This document shows positions 8,802 to 19,068 of a stretch of 64,000 bases of DNA, in pieces. Origin of the DNA: a virus (taxonomy: Duplodnaviria > Caudoviricetes). Where the stretch lies: the IMG/VR virus record IMGVR_UViG_3300028370_000004, positions 1-64,000 of that record, one strand, 5' to 3'. Every line of letters begins with the position of its first letter. Position 1 is the stretch's first letter. A program made the position numbers and the translations under genes. The notes beneath the pieces are model-generated. The model saw only the letters and a list, made by a program, of their open reading frames with translations, made no database searches and was not told the origin of the DNA.

Positions 8802-9791
8802 TTACTTTCCCTTTGCAGCCTTATCTGTTTTCTTAGCAAACGGATCGGCTTTTTTATCTTTAATTGCTTTTTTCATCGGCTCTTTTTTGTCGCCATCTTT
8901 GTCCATATCAAGGAAGTCTGGCTTTGCTTCTGAAAGAGCTTTGTAAAGGCGAGCTTTGATATCTTCAACAGCCATTTTCCTCGACTCCATAGCATCGCGG
9001 TCGTCTTGCCGTTGGTGCATTTTGTGATCGCCGTAATCATCTGCGTTGCGCTGCATCTCGTCTCTGATCATTTCTTGATAATTACGTGTTTGCTTGTCAT
9101 CTAGATCAATTTCGTTGTCGTTTTTGTCAAAGGCAGATATTTCAATTTCGTCGTATGATTCATCATCGTAAACCCAGCTAATTGTTAAGTCAAGATCGTC
9201 GTCAAAGAACTCGCCGGACTTCTCAGGTGTATACTTTTCGGTAACTGCCATTGGATTGTCGCCATCTTCTGCATCTGCATATGCACCTTTTTCACGATTA
9301 AGACCTCCAGCAAGGTCTTTGATCATGTAGTCAGTGTCACGATAATCTTCTTCGGGTTCATTGGCATACTCGTCGGTTATCTTGTCGCCGATTGCGCCGC
9401 CTGCTGCGCCCCCAACGGCGCCGCCAATTGGCCCTGCTAGTGCCGCGCCGCCTGCTGCACCTAGTGCGCTACCTGCTACAGTACCAAGAAGGCCTTCATC
9501 GGAATCTCTATCAAACGGATTGCTGTCTACTCCAGGAATTGCCGGATTGTCCACAGTTGATAAGTTTCTTGTAGTACCGTTTGATTCAATGCTTGCTAAC
9601 TTTGATATCATAGCGCTAATTGCACCTACATCCCCGGTGATGCTAATTTGGCCACTGGCCGATTCTGCTGGGGCACCCATATCGGCATCTGGCGGGCATT
9701 CGTATATTGATCTAGATTCGCTTATATTTTTTCTAGTTGAGAGCTTGTTAAAGCCTGCTAGAATTCTTCTCATATCTTCGTTGTTGTCCAT
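8802..9791 (-). CDS. Acidic hypothetical protein, possibly an internal head protein, with glycine zipper
   Basis: GxxxG-rich segment; C-terminal EAKPDFLDMDKDG module. Confidence 0.7.
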   Translation of the reverse strand: MDNNEDMRRILAGFNKLSTRKNISESRSIYECPPDADMGAPAESASGQISITGDVGAISAMISKLASIESNGTTRNLSTVDNPAIPGVDSNPFDRDSDEGLLGTVAGSALGAAGGAALAGPIGGAVGGAAGGAIGDKITDEYANEPEEDYRDTDYMIKDLAGGLNREKGAYADAEDGDNPMAVTEKYTPEKSGEFFDDDLDLTISWVYDDESYDEIEISAFDKNDNEIDLDDKQTRNYQEMIRDEMQRNADDYGDHKMHQRQDDRDAMESRKMAVEDIKARLYKALSEAKPDFLDMDKDGDKKEPMKKAIKDKKADPFAKKTDKAAKGK

Positions 9792-9792
9792 G

Positions 9793-10344
9793 TTATTTTC
9801 CTATCACACTTTTGTTGTTTTCAGCTTCAATTTTTGGTTCTTCGATGCTAAATCCGCTGTCGCCTATGTTGCGTTCATTACGGGCTTTTTCCAGCTCTTT
9901 TAATAATTCCATAACACGGCTATCACCGACTGAATCTTGTGCAGAATCGCAATCAAGTTCCTCTTTGGTTATTAGAGCTTCATACGGTGAATCGTCACCA
10001 TCTGGTTGTTCTTGTCTGTTAACTGGACCAAGTGCGTTTCGTACCATGATGTTAGAATCATGTATAGTGCAAAAGTTTCCTAAATATTGTCTTAGAACTT
10101 CGTCAGTTGTTGGGTAATTTAAAATTGCATCCCAGTATGCTACTTCCATATTTTCCAGCTTTGGAAAATCTAACGGATGTGACTGAATTGGTGTTTTTTT
10201 AACGGCACTTAACGATTCAAGACCGAACTTTCCAAGAGCATCTTTGAGGGTATTTTCAAAGTCGTTGGTTAATTCTCCTGCAATACCAATCTTAAACGGA
10301 TACGTCTTTTTTGATTCTGATAAAAGTTGTTTTAAAGTTTTCAT
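9793..10344 (-). CDS. Hypothetical protein
   Basis: 183 aa ORF with AGGA RBS and upstream GATAAATA. Confidence 0.75.
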   Translation of the reverse strand: MKTLKQLLSESKKTYPFKIGIAGELTNDFENTLKDALGKFGLESLSAVKKTPIQSHPLDFPKLENMEVAYWDAILNYPTTDEVLRQYLGNFCTIHDSNIMVRNALGPVNRQEQPDGDDSPYEALITKEELDCDSAQDSVGDSRVMELLKELEKARNERNIGDSGFSIEEPKIEAENNKSVIGK

Positions 10345-10363
10345 TTTAGGGTCCTATTACTTA

Positions 10364-10873
10364 TTATTTATCTTTGTTAAGACCTTTGAGACGCTCAAGT
10401 AAGCTGTTTCTGTCTGTTACAACATAACCCTCGCCTTCGGTAAATCCATCAGGGGTGACATTACTGTCGTTGTCCATCTTTTCTTTTTTAAGCTGCAATT
10501 CTACCATTTTTAGTTTTTTGTCTAATTTGGCTACTTTTGCATCAAGATTTGTCTTTAGCATATTGCCTGCAACTTCAAATATCCTGCCGCTATAACGTGC
10601 TTCGACATTCATACCCAAGTCCATTAAATCATCATAAGCTGCCATTGCTTTTTCTGAAACTTCATTTAATTCAGTATCTGCTAGTTCGCCAAGCCCTTTT
10701 ACTGCAGGCAACGCTAGACTGATCTTGTCAAATTCTTCAATGTCTCTAAAGGTTTTTGCCTGTTGGTCTATTTTATAAGTTACTTGGTCGTGTTCTTGCT
10801 TTTTGGCCTTTTTGATTACTTCTTTTGAACTCGGTAATCCCAGCAAATCCTCTAATTTTTTTGTCATAACCAT
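10364..10873 (-). CDS. Probable terminase small subunit (gp16-like)
   Basis: Helical; GRIFEVAGNMLK resembles the gp16 PRAYEV motif; upstream of terL. Confidence 0.55.
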   Translation of the reverse strand: MVMTKKLEDLLGLPSSKEVIKKAKKQEHDQVTYKIDQQAKTFRDIEEFDKISLALPAVKGLGELADTELNEVSEKAMAAYDDLMDLGMNVEARYSGRIFEVAGNMLKTNLDAKVAKLDKKLKMVELQLKKEKMDNDSNVTPDGFTEGEGYVVTDRNSLLERLKGLNKDK

Positions 10874-10903
10874 ATCCTATAATATACTACTATTATTTAG
10901 CAA

Positions 10904-11338
10904 TTATTTTCTAGTTCCATTGTGAAACATGTCGTGTTCATTTACTACTCTAAATACCAAGCCGCTTTGTTTGCACCAAGCTCTTGCAGCTTCCCACTTG
11001 GCCTGATTCAACACCCAATGTGCTTGCTGCACTTGACTTTTTGCTTTTTCTTTAATTTGTTGATTTGCAGGCTTTACTTCAATTAGCTCTGCATGTTGCT
11101 TCCCTTTTGCATCAGTATATGCTATGAAAAAATCAGGTACATATATTGTGTTTTTTCCTGTGAACGGATTTTTATAAGGAATACGTATAGCTTCACTTGC
11201 CCAGCTAGTCACATGTGGATTCTCATCGCAAAACTTCATAAAGGCAAATTCCCATCCACTTCGAAACGTAGGAGAATTTTTACCTACGTATTTATCAGGA
11301 TTTTTAATAGTGTATTTGCCTTGTGCATATTTTGCCAT
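10904..11338 (-). CDS. Head completion nuclease (T4 gp4-like, TnsA-like fold)
   Basis: FRSGWE..FCDENP..WASE..IPY..YVPDF..IEVKP..NQAKWEAA. Confidence 0.88.
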   Translation of the reverse strand: MAKYAQGKYTIKNPDKYVGKNSPTFRSGWEFAFMKFCDENPHVTSWASEAIRIPYKNPFTGKNTIYVPDFFIAYTDAKGKQHAELIEVKPANQQIKEKAKSQVQQAHWVLNQAKWEAARAWCKQSGLVFRVVNEHDMFHNGTRK

Positions 11339-11706
11339 TAGACAACAATGTTTCTTGCTTCGAGATTGTCTAGGTTAGGAGACTCTCGGTATCCAAGTTT
11401 GCTAACTTTACTACGATTAGCATTTAACACAGCCGTTACCAAGTTGCTCAATTTTACCTTGTCAAACCCTTTTAAGCTGTCCAGTAGCTCGAACACGTTT
11501 GTTCCATCAATCTTTGCTTGTTGTAATAGTACACCTGTGACACTAGTTGATGCAAGTTCGTCAAATCCTCTTTTTTCAAAAAACCCTACTACTGCGTTAA
11601 CTTGGTTGCTCGGATACGATAATTGTTGTGTAAAATATCTGTCAAACAGTAAGCGCGTCTTGTCTGCACTGTCTGCAGGTTGTTGTGAATTTCCAATTGT
11701 TGACAT
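11338..11706 (-). CDS. Hypothetical protein
   Basis: 122 aa; TAATG overlaps on both sides. Confidence 0.75.
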   Translation of the reverse strand: MSTIGNSQQPADSADKTRLLFDRYFTQQLSYPSNQVNAVVGFFEKRGFDELASTSVTGVLLQQAKIDGTNVFELLDSLKGFDKVKLSNLVTAVLNANRSKVSKLGYRESPNLDNLEARNIVV

Positions 11707-12719
11707 TAAAATCTCTTTGCTTCTGCTATAGTCTCACTACCTACTAGTGGTATATTGGCAAACGAATACGCGCCAAATTGTCTTGCAGGTGTCGAAGTGG
11801 GTGGGGCGCCGGGCAGTGGCTGGTCCTTGATGCCTAGATAGAATCTACGTTGAATTTCAGACGCTGTGCTGTTTCTGCCGCGGCGGTTTAATTCCGTTAC
11901 GCTATTGGCAGCGCCAAGTATTGATGATTCTGGGCCAGGTGTTGTATGCAACGGTGACGGATATGTATCGTAATGTTGTGGTGTACCGAATCCTTGCGGC
12001 GCAGAATCAACACTTGTTTGTCCTCTTCCGTACTGCACAGATTCGTAGTTAATTGACATTCTGTTGACTGAAAATTCGGAACCTTCTTGCCGCATTGTAT
12101 CATGCACCAGCGATTCAATATACGGATTAACCAATGTAAAGCTGGTAAATGTAGATCTTCCGTTTTGCGGATGTAATTGATACACTTGAATACTGTTAAG
12201 AAAGTTCTGTGACTTGTTTGGACGATCCAGTCCGTATCTAAAGTTCTGTGTTTCGCTGTTGCCATAACCTCTATTGAGCCCATTTGCAACTTTTTGATAA
12301 GCTTCTGTTGTTGAATTAGGAGCACCCGATGCATCACGAGAAGTATAGCTGCTATCGGTATAATAATACCTAAAATACGCTTCCCAAAACAGACTGGTTA
12401 GTCCAGCATTGTCGTCGTGAAATTCTAAATTAATTGGCACATACTGGATGCCAGTTTGCACAATCTTTTTTCTGTTGTATTGATTAAGCGAAGCTGTCTG
12501 CAAATTGTATCTCGGCAACTCAACACTCTTTGCTAATATGTTTACTTCTGACGCGTCAACTCCGGATAACAATGGTGATTGTAATTTTGCTTGTGAATTA
12601 ACATTGAATACAACATGGTATAAATGTTTAAACTTCGGAGCAAGACGCATGTCACCAGAGACATATAATTTTGAAGCATGTGCGTAGTCTTTTACCGTAA
12701 GATTGTCAAAGTTATTCAT
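11706..12719 (-). CDS. Tail tube-like / baseplate tube-initiator protein
   Basis: AKSVELP..NQYNRK..YVPINLEFHDD tube-fold motifs; next to the tube gene; start moved to ATG 12719. Confidence 0.6.
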   Translation of the reverse strand: MNNFDNLTVKDYAHASKLYVSGDMRLAPKFKHLYHVVFNVNSQAKLQSPLLSGVDASEVNILAKSVELPRYNLQTASLNQYNRKKIVQTGIQYVPINLEFHDDNAGLTSLFWEAYFRYYYTDSSYTSRDASGAPNSTTEAYQKVANGLNRGYGNSETQNFRYGLDRPNKSQNFLNSIQVYQLHPQNGRSTFTSFTLVNPYIESLVHDTMRQEGSEFSVNRMSINYESVQYGRGQTSVDSAPQGFGTPQHYDTYPSPLHTTPGPESSILGAANSVTELNRRGRNSTASEIQRRFYLGIKDQPLPGAPPTSTPARQFGAYSFANIPLVGSETIAEAKRF

Positions 12720-12757
12720 ACTAATATTTATCTTATATAATTCTATGCGTACATAAT

Positions 12758-12788
12758 AGAAAAGGAGAACAAGTTGTTCTCCTTTTCT
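12758..12788. terminator. Intrinsic terminator after the tail tube gene
   Basis: Perfect inverted repeat AGAAAAGGAGAACAA-G-TTGTTCTCCTTTTCT. Confidence 0.75.
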
Positions 12789-12810
12789 AAGCAATTATGT
12801 GTTGGTTAGA

Positions 12811-13440
12811 TTAAGTACCAGTTGAAAGAGATCCGCCAGGTCTACCTACTAATGTGCCGACTCCTGCTGCTCCGCCGCTGCCGTCGACTTGAATTGCGTT
12901 GTCGTACTGCATTGTTAGAGAAACTGTTACAGGTTCGCTGTTTGAATAAGCAAGTGTGTTGTAGTTTGCTTCGCTGACGTAGCAACCGTATACTTCCCAT
13001 GTTTCAAGTACAACTGGGACAAACGCGCCGTTGCCGCCGTCTAGGATTTCAATTCTAGTTAAGAACTTATAATCTTGTCCAGATACCGCACTAGCCTGTT
13101 CCATAAAATCAAACTGTTGTTGTAGTTGTTCGCCAACTAGTTTTTGAACGTTGTTGTTCACGTCTTCGCGCAAGTTAAGCGTGATTGGGTTCCAAGTATG
13201 CTTGCCTGCCAAGTTTACCTTTGAGTTATAAACATCAAGTACCATGTTTTCAAAAGTAAGGTTTGGCCTAGTTACATCAATAACCTGTTTGGTTAACTCT
13301 GTGCTAGGTGTACTGGTTCCAAAACCTTCGAGTGTTACACGGAAACGATATTGCAGCTTGGGCATAAGCAAGCCCTGTGCGCTTGCACTGTCGTTTGTTG
13401 CCAGAGGCACTGATAGTTTTGTTAATGATGATATTGCCAT
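12811..13440 (-). CDS. Tail tube protein (gp19-like)
   Basis: PKLQYRFRV..AGKHTWNPITL..YDNA; follows the sheath gene. Confidence 0.88.
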   Translation of the reverse strand: MAISSLTKLSVPLATNDSASAQGLLMPKLQYRFRVTLEGFGTSTPSTELTKQVIDVTRPNLTFENMVLDVYNSKVNLAGKHTWNPITLNLREDVNNNVQKLVGEQLQQQFDFMEQASAVSGQDYKFLTRIEILDGGNGAFVPVVLETWEVYGCYVSEANYNTLAYSNSEPVTVSLTMQYDNAIQVDGSGGAAGVGTLVGRPGGSLSTGT

Positions 13441-13579
13441 TTATTATTAACTCCTTATTACAAGTATTTATCATTTAGAGGGTTATATTTCATTTTGCAT
13501 ATTAATTGTTAATCATATTTAAAAATTTTCATAAAAAGTTACATAAATATGTTAGTTGACTGAATAAGGATATCAACAT

Positions 13580-15160
13580 ATGATTAGGTGTAAAATTTGC
13601 TTGCAAGAGTTTTCAAGTATAATAACATGGAAGCATTTAAAATCTCACGGAATATCGACAATTGATTATAAAAAGAAATATGGAGAAGTAGCATCTCCAG
13701 AATATAAAGAGCTAAAAAAACTTCAAAATTCTGGAAAAAGAAATCCTAACTTTAACAATAAAATGTCATCAGAATCCAAAGATAAGATCTCTCAATCTAA
13801 CAAAGGAAATATTCCACATAACAAGAACAAGTCAATGAGCCAGAAACAAAAAGAAATACTTTCTGCAAAAGCAGTTGAGCGTAATATTTATTGGCGAGAA
13901 ACTGACAGTCATCCTGTTAAAGGAACTTCACGATCTATGGAAACTAAAAATAAAATTAAAGAAAAGAGAGCAACGCAAGTTATATCCAAAGAACAAGCAT
14001 TAAAGTCAATCGAAACTAAAATTAAAAATGGATACAACATTGCATTCTTTAAAGGAAAAACTCATTCAAGTGAATCAAAAGAAAAGATTTCCAATAGTTC
14101 CAAAAAAACAGCATTATTAAAAAAAAACAACAGTATCAAAGATGCATCTGCCAGGCTTGCTGACAACGGGTATACGTTAATTTCAGTTATAGACAACTTA
14201 TTACATATTAAGTGTAATTTGTGTAATAACAAATTTACACGATCTCGACAATACGCTACTACAAGTAAGATTACTCAAGAAATGTGCAATGTTTGTTATC
14301 CGTTACAGACCGGAACCAGTAATCAGGAAAAAGAATTAGCTGAGTTTTTATCAAAATATGTACAAATTGAAACCAACAATCGTTCGATCATATCTCCGAA
14401 AGAATTAGATATATTTATTCCTAATCATAGTTTAGCAATAGAATACAATGGTCTATACTGGCATAGTGAAGTATACAAAGACAACAAGTATCATTTAAAT
14501 AAAAAACTACAAGCCGAGGACAAAGGAGTTGATTTAATTCATATATTTGAAGATGAATGGGTCAACAATATAGATATTGTTAAATCAAGATTGTTAATGA
14601 GGCTAGGTAAAATTGAAAATAAAATTTATGCGAGAAAATGCATAATCAAAGAAATTGATGCATCTACAGCTAACACGTTTATAAAACAAAATCATATTCA
14701 AGGAGTAGGAAGATCAAATGTTAGAGTTGGATTGTACTATAACAGTCAACTTGTTAGTGTAATGACCTTTTTAAATGGAGACATTTCGAAGGGTATTAAA
14801 GGATGGGAGTTAAATAGATTTTGTTCTTTAATTAACACGCAAGTTACAGGCGCAGCTGGAAGATTGTTTAAATGGTTTATTAACAATTATGATCCCGAAA
14901 CTGTAATTAGTTTTAGTGATAGGAGGTGGGAAACATCTAGTAGTGTGTATAGTAAAATTGGATTTAAGTATGCTTCGACATCAGTTCCTAATTATTGGTA
15001 TTTTTGTAACAATGAAAATCAAAGGTATCATAGATATTCGTTACGTAAGCCAACAGGTTCTATATTATCTGAAAGAGAATTAAGAGAATCGCAAGGCTAC
15101 CTAAGAATATACGATTGTGGTAGTAGTAAATGGATTTGGTCAAAGACAAAGGCGGCATAG
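13580..15160 (+). CDS. Free-standing homing endonuclease (NUMOD3-like repeats, Zn ribbon, Vsr/DUF559-like nuclease, GNAT-like C-terminus)
   Basis: FKGKTHSSESKEKIS; ELDIFIP..AIEYNGLYWH; NHIQG..ELNRFC..YDCG; antisense and AT-rich. Confidence 0.8.
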   Translation: MIRCKICLQEFSSIITWKHLKSHGISTIDYKKKYGEVASPEYKELKKLQNSGKRNPNFNNKMSSESKDKISQSNKGNIPHNKNKSMSQKQKEILSAKAVERNIYWRETDSHPVKGTSRSMETKNKIKEKRATQVISKEQALKSIETKIKNGYNIAFFKGKTHSSESKEKISNSSKKTALLKKNNSIKDASARLADNGYTLISVIDNLLHIKCNLCNNKFTRSRQYATTSKITQEMCNVCYPLQTGTSNQEKELAEFLSKYVQIETNNRSIISPKELDIFIPNHSLAIEYNGLYWHSEVYKDNKYHLNKKLQAEDKGVDLIHIFEDEWVNNIDIVKSRLLMRLGKIENKIYARKCIIKEIDASTANTFIKQNHIQGVGRSNVRVGLYYNSQLVSVMTFLNGDISKGIKGWELNRFCSLINTQVTGAAGRLFKWFINNYDPETVISFSDRRWETSSSVYSKIGFKYASTSVPNYWYFCNNENQRYHRYSLRKPTGSILSERELRESQGYLRIYDCGSSKWIWSKTKAA

Positions 15161-15177
15161 AGCCGCCTTTGTCTTTG
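15141..15177. terminator. 16-bp perfect hairpin between the convergent sheath and endonuclease genes
   Basis: CAAAGACAAAGGCGGC-ATAGA-GCCGCCTTTGTCTTTG. Confidence 0.8.
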
Positions 15178-15184
15178 TACTATT

Positions 15185-18100
15185 TTATAGACCTGAAATT
15201 TCGCCTGTGTTCTTCAAGCGCAACGGAATATAAATAAATTCAACTGCCTTAACTGGTTCGATTGCAATATCAACATAAAGTTCATTCCTATCAATCCTTG
15301 AAGGTGTGTTGTTTGATTCGTCACATACTACAAGGAAGTCATATAATGCTCGTAAACTAACTAATTCAATCATCAAGCTTTCGACTTGCTGCTTGAGTTC
15401 GTCACGTGTGATTTTGTCGTTTGGTTCGTAGATGTATGGCTTTGCAACCATCTTCAACTGGCTACGTAAGTATATTACCAGTCTGGCAACATTGACTCTA
15501 TCCAACGAACTTGCATTTCTTGCACGAGTCTTCTGACCAAATATAACAAGTCCTGCTCCATTTAAGAAAGTAATTGGATTAACATTGTTTAGTTGCAATG
15601 TGCTTCGTTGTCCTTCGTTTAGTGCAATGCTTACAAATTCACCTTCGCTGCTGATATAACCTGCTGCTGTTGCGTTGGTTACACCACCACGGCGTGTTCC
15701 TGCTGGTGCAAACCACGGATACGAAACTTGATCGCTGAGTGCAATTGTTCTTAGTGCCATGTGACTTGCTGGGACAACAATGTTGTTGCCTGCGTTGTCG
15801 CTTGTGAATCCTGCAGGGTAATAAACACCCAGGTATTCGTCTCTGCTTACCAAGCCATTGTCATTGTCTTCAACTGCTAGGTTAACGTTTGTTGCCCAGT
15901 TGTTGAGCTCTGTTGTATTTGGTTTTAGTCTTAATGGACTGTCACCAATGACAAAAGATGTTAATCCTCTATCAAAGTTTAAGTTGACCATTTCGCCAAT
16001 TAATTCTGGATATCCTGGTGTTGAAATCAAGTTAAAGATACGCGATTCATCATCACGTGCATCGTCACTGCTATTGACCACAGATTGTAGTTTTTGTACA
16101 ATTACCTTGCGCTGTGCAATACGTCCAAAACTTCCCGATCCATCTGCATTGTTAGCACTTTCGGTAACCCATCGGTTAGGAGCGTAGCCATTCATTGATT
16201 CGTCGTTGAACCTAGTGTTCAAGTCATTAATATCAATATAGTCTCTTTCAAAACGCTTTACATTAAATCCGCTTCTACGCAGGTTCCACAGCAACATGCC
16301 TCGTGGGTAAAGTGCAGGATCCGGTGCATCTGGATCTAGATAATCACTTGACATCATTTCACCAATATCCCCTGCAACATCACTGTTTGCGCCGCCTGTA
16401 TTATAACGTGCGTCTGCAAATAATATGCCAGTTTCACTGGTTTGATCAGTTTTGTCAACCAGTTCCCACTTGCCAGCAGTACGTTTATAAATTGTTGGAA
16501 AGTTTTCGATGTCAGCAGTAGAGATCCAAATATCTCCTTCGACTAATGCAGAGTTGTCTGCTTGTAACGTCGGAGCAGATGCTGCAACCATTGGCCCAGA
16601 TGGGTTTGCTCCTGGGACTGCATTTACGTCTGCATAACCAACCCATTTATTTCCGTCGTGATACATTATATCAACTTCGTCAATGATACTACTATACCAG
16701 AGTGCGCCGTCTGCGGGAGTTGTAGTCGGTTCTCCTATACTTGCAGTGCTGTTCAAAACCTTCCAATATGATACCATGTACTCGGCTATGCCAGAACCGT
16801 CGGTTCCTGGAACATGATACAAGTTGGTAGTTGATGCTGGTGCACCAGCGGCAAACACTGTAAATATTTTAGATATTCCACCGTCGGTGTCAACTATACG
16901 GATTTCGCCGCCGGTGTTGTGACTGATTACCACACGGTTTTGACTATCAACACTTGCAATAACGTGGGTTAATCCTGCTGTGTTTATTGCGCTTGCAATT
17001 GCTTCTGCGTCGGTGACGGCGCCTGTGGCATCAAATTCCACAGATGTTATACCGGACAAACTTGCTGATCCAATTACACTTTCTTGTATTTCAAATGTAT
17101 ATGTTGCTGTAGTAACCTGCGTTGTTACCTTGGCGCTGACAATCGACACCGGTCCTGTGCCGTTTCTGCGATAAATTTTAAATGATCCAATAGGACTAGT
17201 ATCTTCTGCAACATTGCTTTGAATATACAAACTACCCTCAGAAATATTTGTGCCGCCTCCAGTTTGGTCAAGTGCAAATAATGCTGCATGATTTGTTGCG
17301 TAAATTGGTGCAGGCACCTGTGCCCATGCATCAGTTGATGAATTGTAAACTTTAACGTTCCAGTTTGCACCAAGGTTAGGCGATGTTGTTTTTATCCATA
17401 AGCTGCCACTTGGGGCAACGTCGCTGCTGCCTGTTTTGTACTGAGGAACCTGTGTATGAGGTGCAATTGTTAATCTTGGTAATTTGTATGTACCTGCTGG
17501 TATTCCGATTGCAGTTAACAATGCGGTATCTCCGGCAATTGTAAGATCGGCGCCAGGGGCACCGGCAACTGAGATTGTAATTCTACCGTTTACAAGCGTG
17601 GCTGATATATTTGCAAGGGCACTGACATCATTAACAAAGTCAGCAACTACTGTTCCGTTTACCGGAACGTCGGTGCCATTGATAGTAAAAGTTGTGCTGT
17701 CAACGACACTAGTAACATTGGCAGTACTAGTAACTGCCGGAATGCTGCCAACCCAGCTAGATGATCCAACTTCGTGCCATATACCGCTTGCTGCTTTGTA
17801 CCATAGCTTGTTGACTGTTGTAACTGCTACAATAATATAATCGCCAATTGCACCGACACTGCCTTTTGGAGCAAAGTCCTGGCCAGCAAAGTTAACAACT
17901 TTGGTAGTGTCTGTGATCACCAACGGAACTTTGTTTGAAAAACTCTGTCCGTTGGTTGCAGTTGCAGGAGCAGCATTCCATTCAAAGATTCCGTAGTTTG
18001 TATCATTGGTGGCAAACCAATATGCGCCATTGGTCGGCTTGCCAGCAGTTTCTTCTGCACTTGCGTCCAGTGCTGCAAGATCAATATCTGCTCTTACCAC

Positions 18101-18424
18101 GTATGCTCTATTTGAAACACCTAGGAATGAATAAGCAGCTTGTAGACCGTATTCGTTTTGCTCGCCGCCGTGTATTGGGTTATTGTTTAAATCTGTATAA
18201 AATTTTGCGTCTCCGAATGTTTCCGAAAGTTCTCTTTGCGAACTTACCAGATAAACTTTTTCGGCGTTTGATGCTAATGTTCCCGGTGCAATTCCAGTTT
18301 TTCCTGGATTTGGTTTGTTTTCAGTTGTTGCTATAAAAATTATTGGGGTTGTACCCGGTTCTGATGGAGTATAAAAACTCTCGTCGATAACTGAAACTTG
18401 AACGCCCGGTGATACTAATGCCAT
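15185..18424 (-). CDS. Tail sheath protein (gp18-like) with inserted domains
   Basis: MALVSPGVQV; PWFAPAGTRRG; DRVNVARL; CDESNNTP; EFIYIP. Confidence 0.96.
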   Translation of the reverse strand: MALVSPGVQVSVIDESFYTPSEPGTTPIIFIATTENKPNPGKTGIAPGTLASNAEKVYLVSSQRELSETFGDAKFYTDLNNNPIHGGEQNEYGLQAAYSFLGVSNRAYVVRADIDLAALDASAEETAGKPTNGAYWFATNDTNYGIFEWNAAPATATNGQSFSNKVPLVITDTTKVVNFAGQDFAPKGSVGAIGDYIIVAVTTVNKLWYKAASGIWHEVGSSSWVGSIPAVTSTANVTSVVDSTTFTINGTDVPVNGTVVADFVNDVSALANISATLVNGRITISVAGAPGADLTIAGDTALLTAIGIPAGTYKLPRLTIAPHTQVPQYKTGSSDVAPSGSLWIKTTSPNLGANWNVKVYNSSTDAWAQVPAPIYATNHAALFALDQTGGGTNISEGSLYIQSNVAEDTSPIGSFKIYRRNGTGPVSIVSAKVTTQVTTATYTFEIQESVIGSASLSGITSVEFDATGAVTDAEAIASAINTAGLTHVIASVDSQNRVVISHNTGGEIRIVDTDGGISKIFTVFAAGAPASTTNLYHVPGTDGSGIAEYMVSYWKVLNSTASIGEPTTTPADGALWYSSIIDEVDIMYHDGNKWVGYADVNAVPGANPSGPMVAASAPTLQADNSALVEGDIWISTADIENFPTIYKRTAGKWELVDKTDQTSETGILFADARYNTGGANSDVAGDIGEMMSSDYLDPDAPDPALYPRGMLLWNLRRSGFNVKRFERDYIDINDLNTRFNDESMNGYAPNRWVTESANNADGSGSFGRIAQRKVIVQKLQSVVNSSDDARDDESRIFNLISTPGYPELIGEMVNLNFDRGLTSFVIGDSPLRLKPNTTELNNWATNVNLAVEDNDNGLVSRDEYLGVYYPAGFTSDNAGNNIVVPASHMALRTIALSDQVSYPWFAPAGTRRGGVTNATAAGYISSEGEFVSIALNEGQRSTLQLNNVNPITFLNGAGLVIFGQKTRARNASSLDRVNVARLVIYLRSQLKMVAKPYIYEPNDKITRDELKQQVESLMIELVSLRALYDFLVVCDESNNTPSRIDRNELYVDIAIEPVKAVEFIYIPLRLKNTGEISGL

Positions 18425-18502
18425 TGTATTTTTCTCCTATGGATCTGTTGTTAATATTATTTAGCAGATCTGTAGATAAAAAACGGTTTTAACCCAATTA
18501 AA

Positions 18503-19009
18503 CTAGCAGTTAATTAGATGTTTCATTAGTTGAGCAACGTTAAATTCCAGTTCCTCGAGTGTGCCATTGTTATCAATAGTGAAGTCGGCCATCCACTGTT
18601 CCAATGTCATACTTGACCTATTTTCCAAAAGGAGGTGGTCAGACCGATCTACCCAGATAGCACAATCGAACACTCCTGTGTTCTGCATTGCAAAGAATTC
18701 TTTCTTGTTGCGCAGTCCACAATATATATCGTGTTGTTTGAATATATCTCGGCCTAGGCGCGCTGCATCAGGAACATTATAATTGCAGATAAAATTATAC
18801 CATTCTGCTCTGTGAGCATGGCGGTTATTGTAACACTCTTCCTCATCAGCATATCCGTACTTGTCCTTTAGGTCGTTGTATATAAAAAGTTTTGAACAGA
18901 ATCTTGAACTACTCTGAAAACTAAACCCGTACTGTTGTTCTAATATTTCACAAACTGTGTCTTTGCCATGTCTTCCGTGGCCTATAACTAATAACTTAGG
19001 TAGCGTCAT
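18503..19009 (-). CDS. Deoxynucleoside monophosphate kinase-like P-loop protein
   Basis: IGHGRHGKDT P-loop; C-terminal IDNNGTLEEL. Confidence 0.75.
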   Translation of the reverse strand: MTLPKLLVIGHGRHGKDTVCEILEQQYGFSFQSSSRFCSKLFIYNDLKDKYGYADEEECYNNRHAHRAEWYNFICNYNVPDAARLGRDIFKQHDIYCGLRNKKEFFAMQNTGVFDCAIWVDRSDHLLLENRSSMTLEQWMADFTIDNNGTLEELEFNVAQLMKHLINC

Positions 19010-19026
19010 TTTGATCCTTTCTTTAT

Positions 19027-19055
19027 ATAATAAAGTATTATCAAGATAATGTCAA
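19027..19055 (-). promoter_or_regulatory. Sigma70-type promoter of the dNMP kinase gene
   Basis: TTGACA-17 nt-TATTAT. Confidence 0.65.
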
Positions 19056-19068
19056 CCAAAAATGTTAT

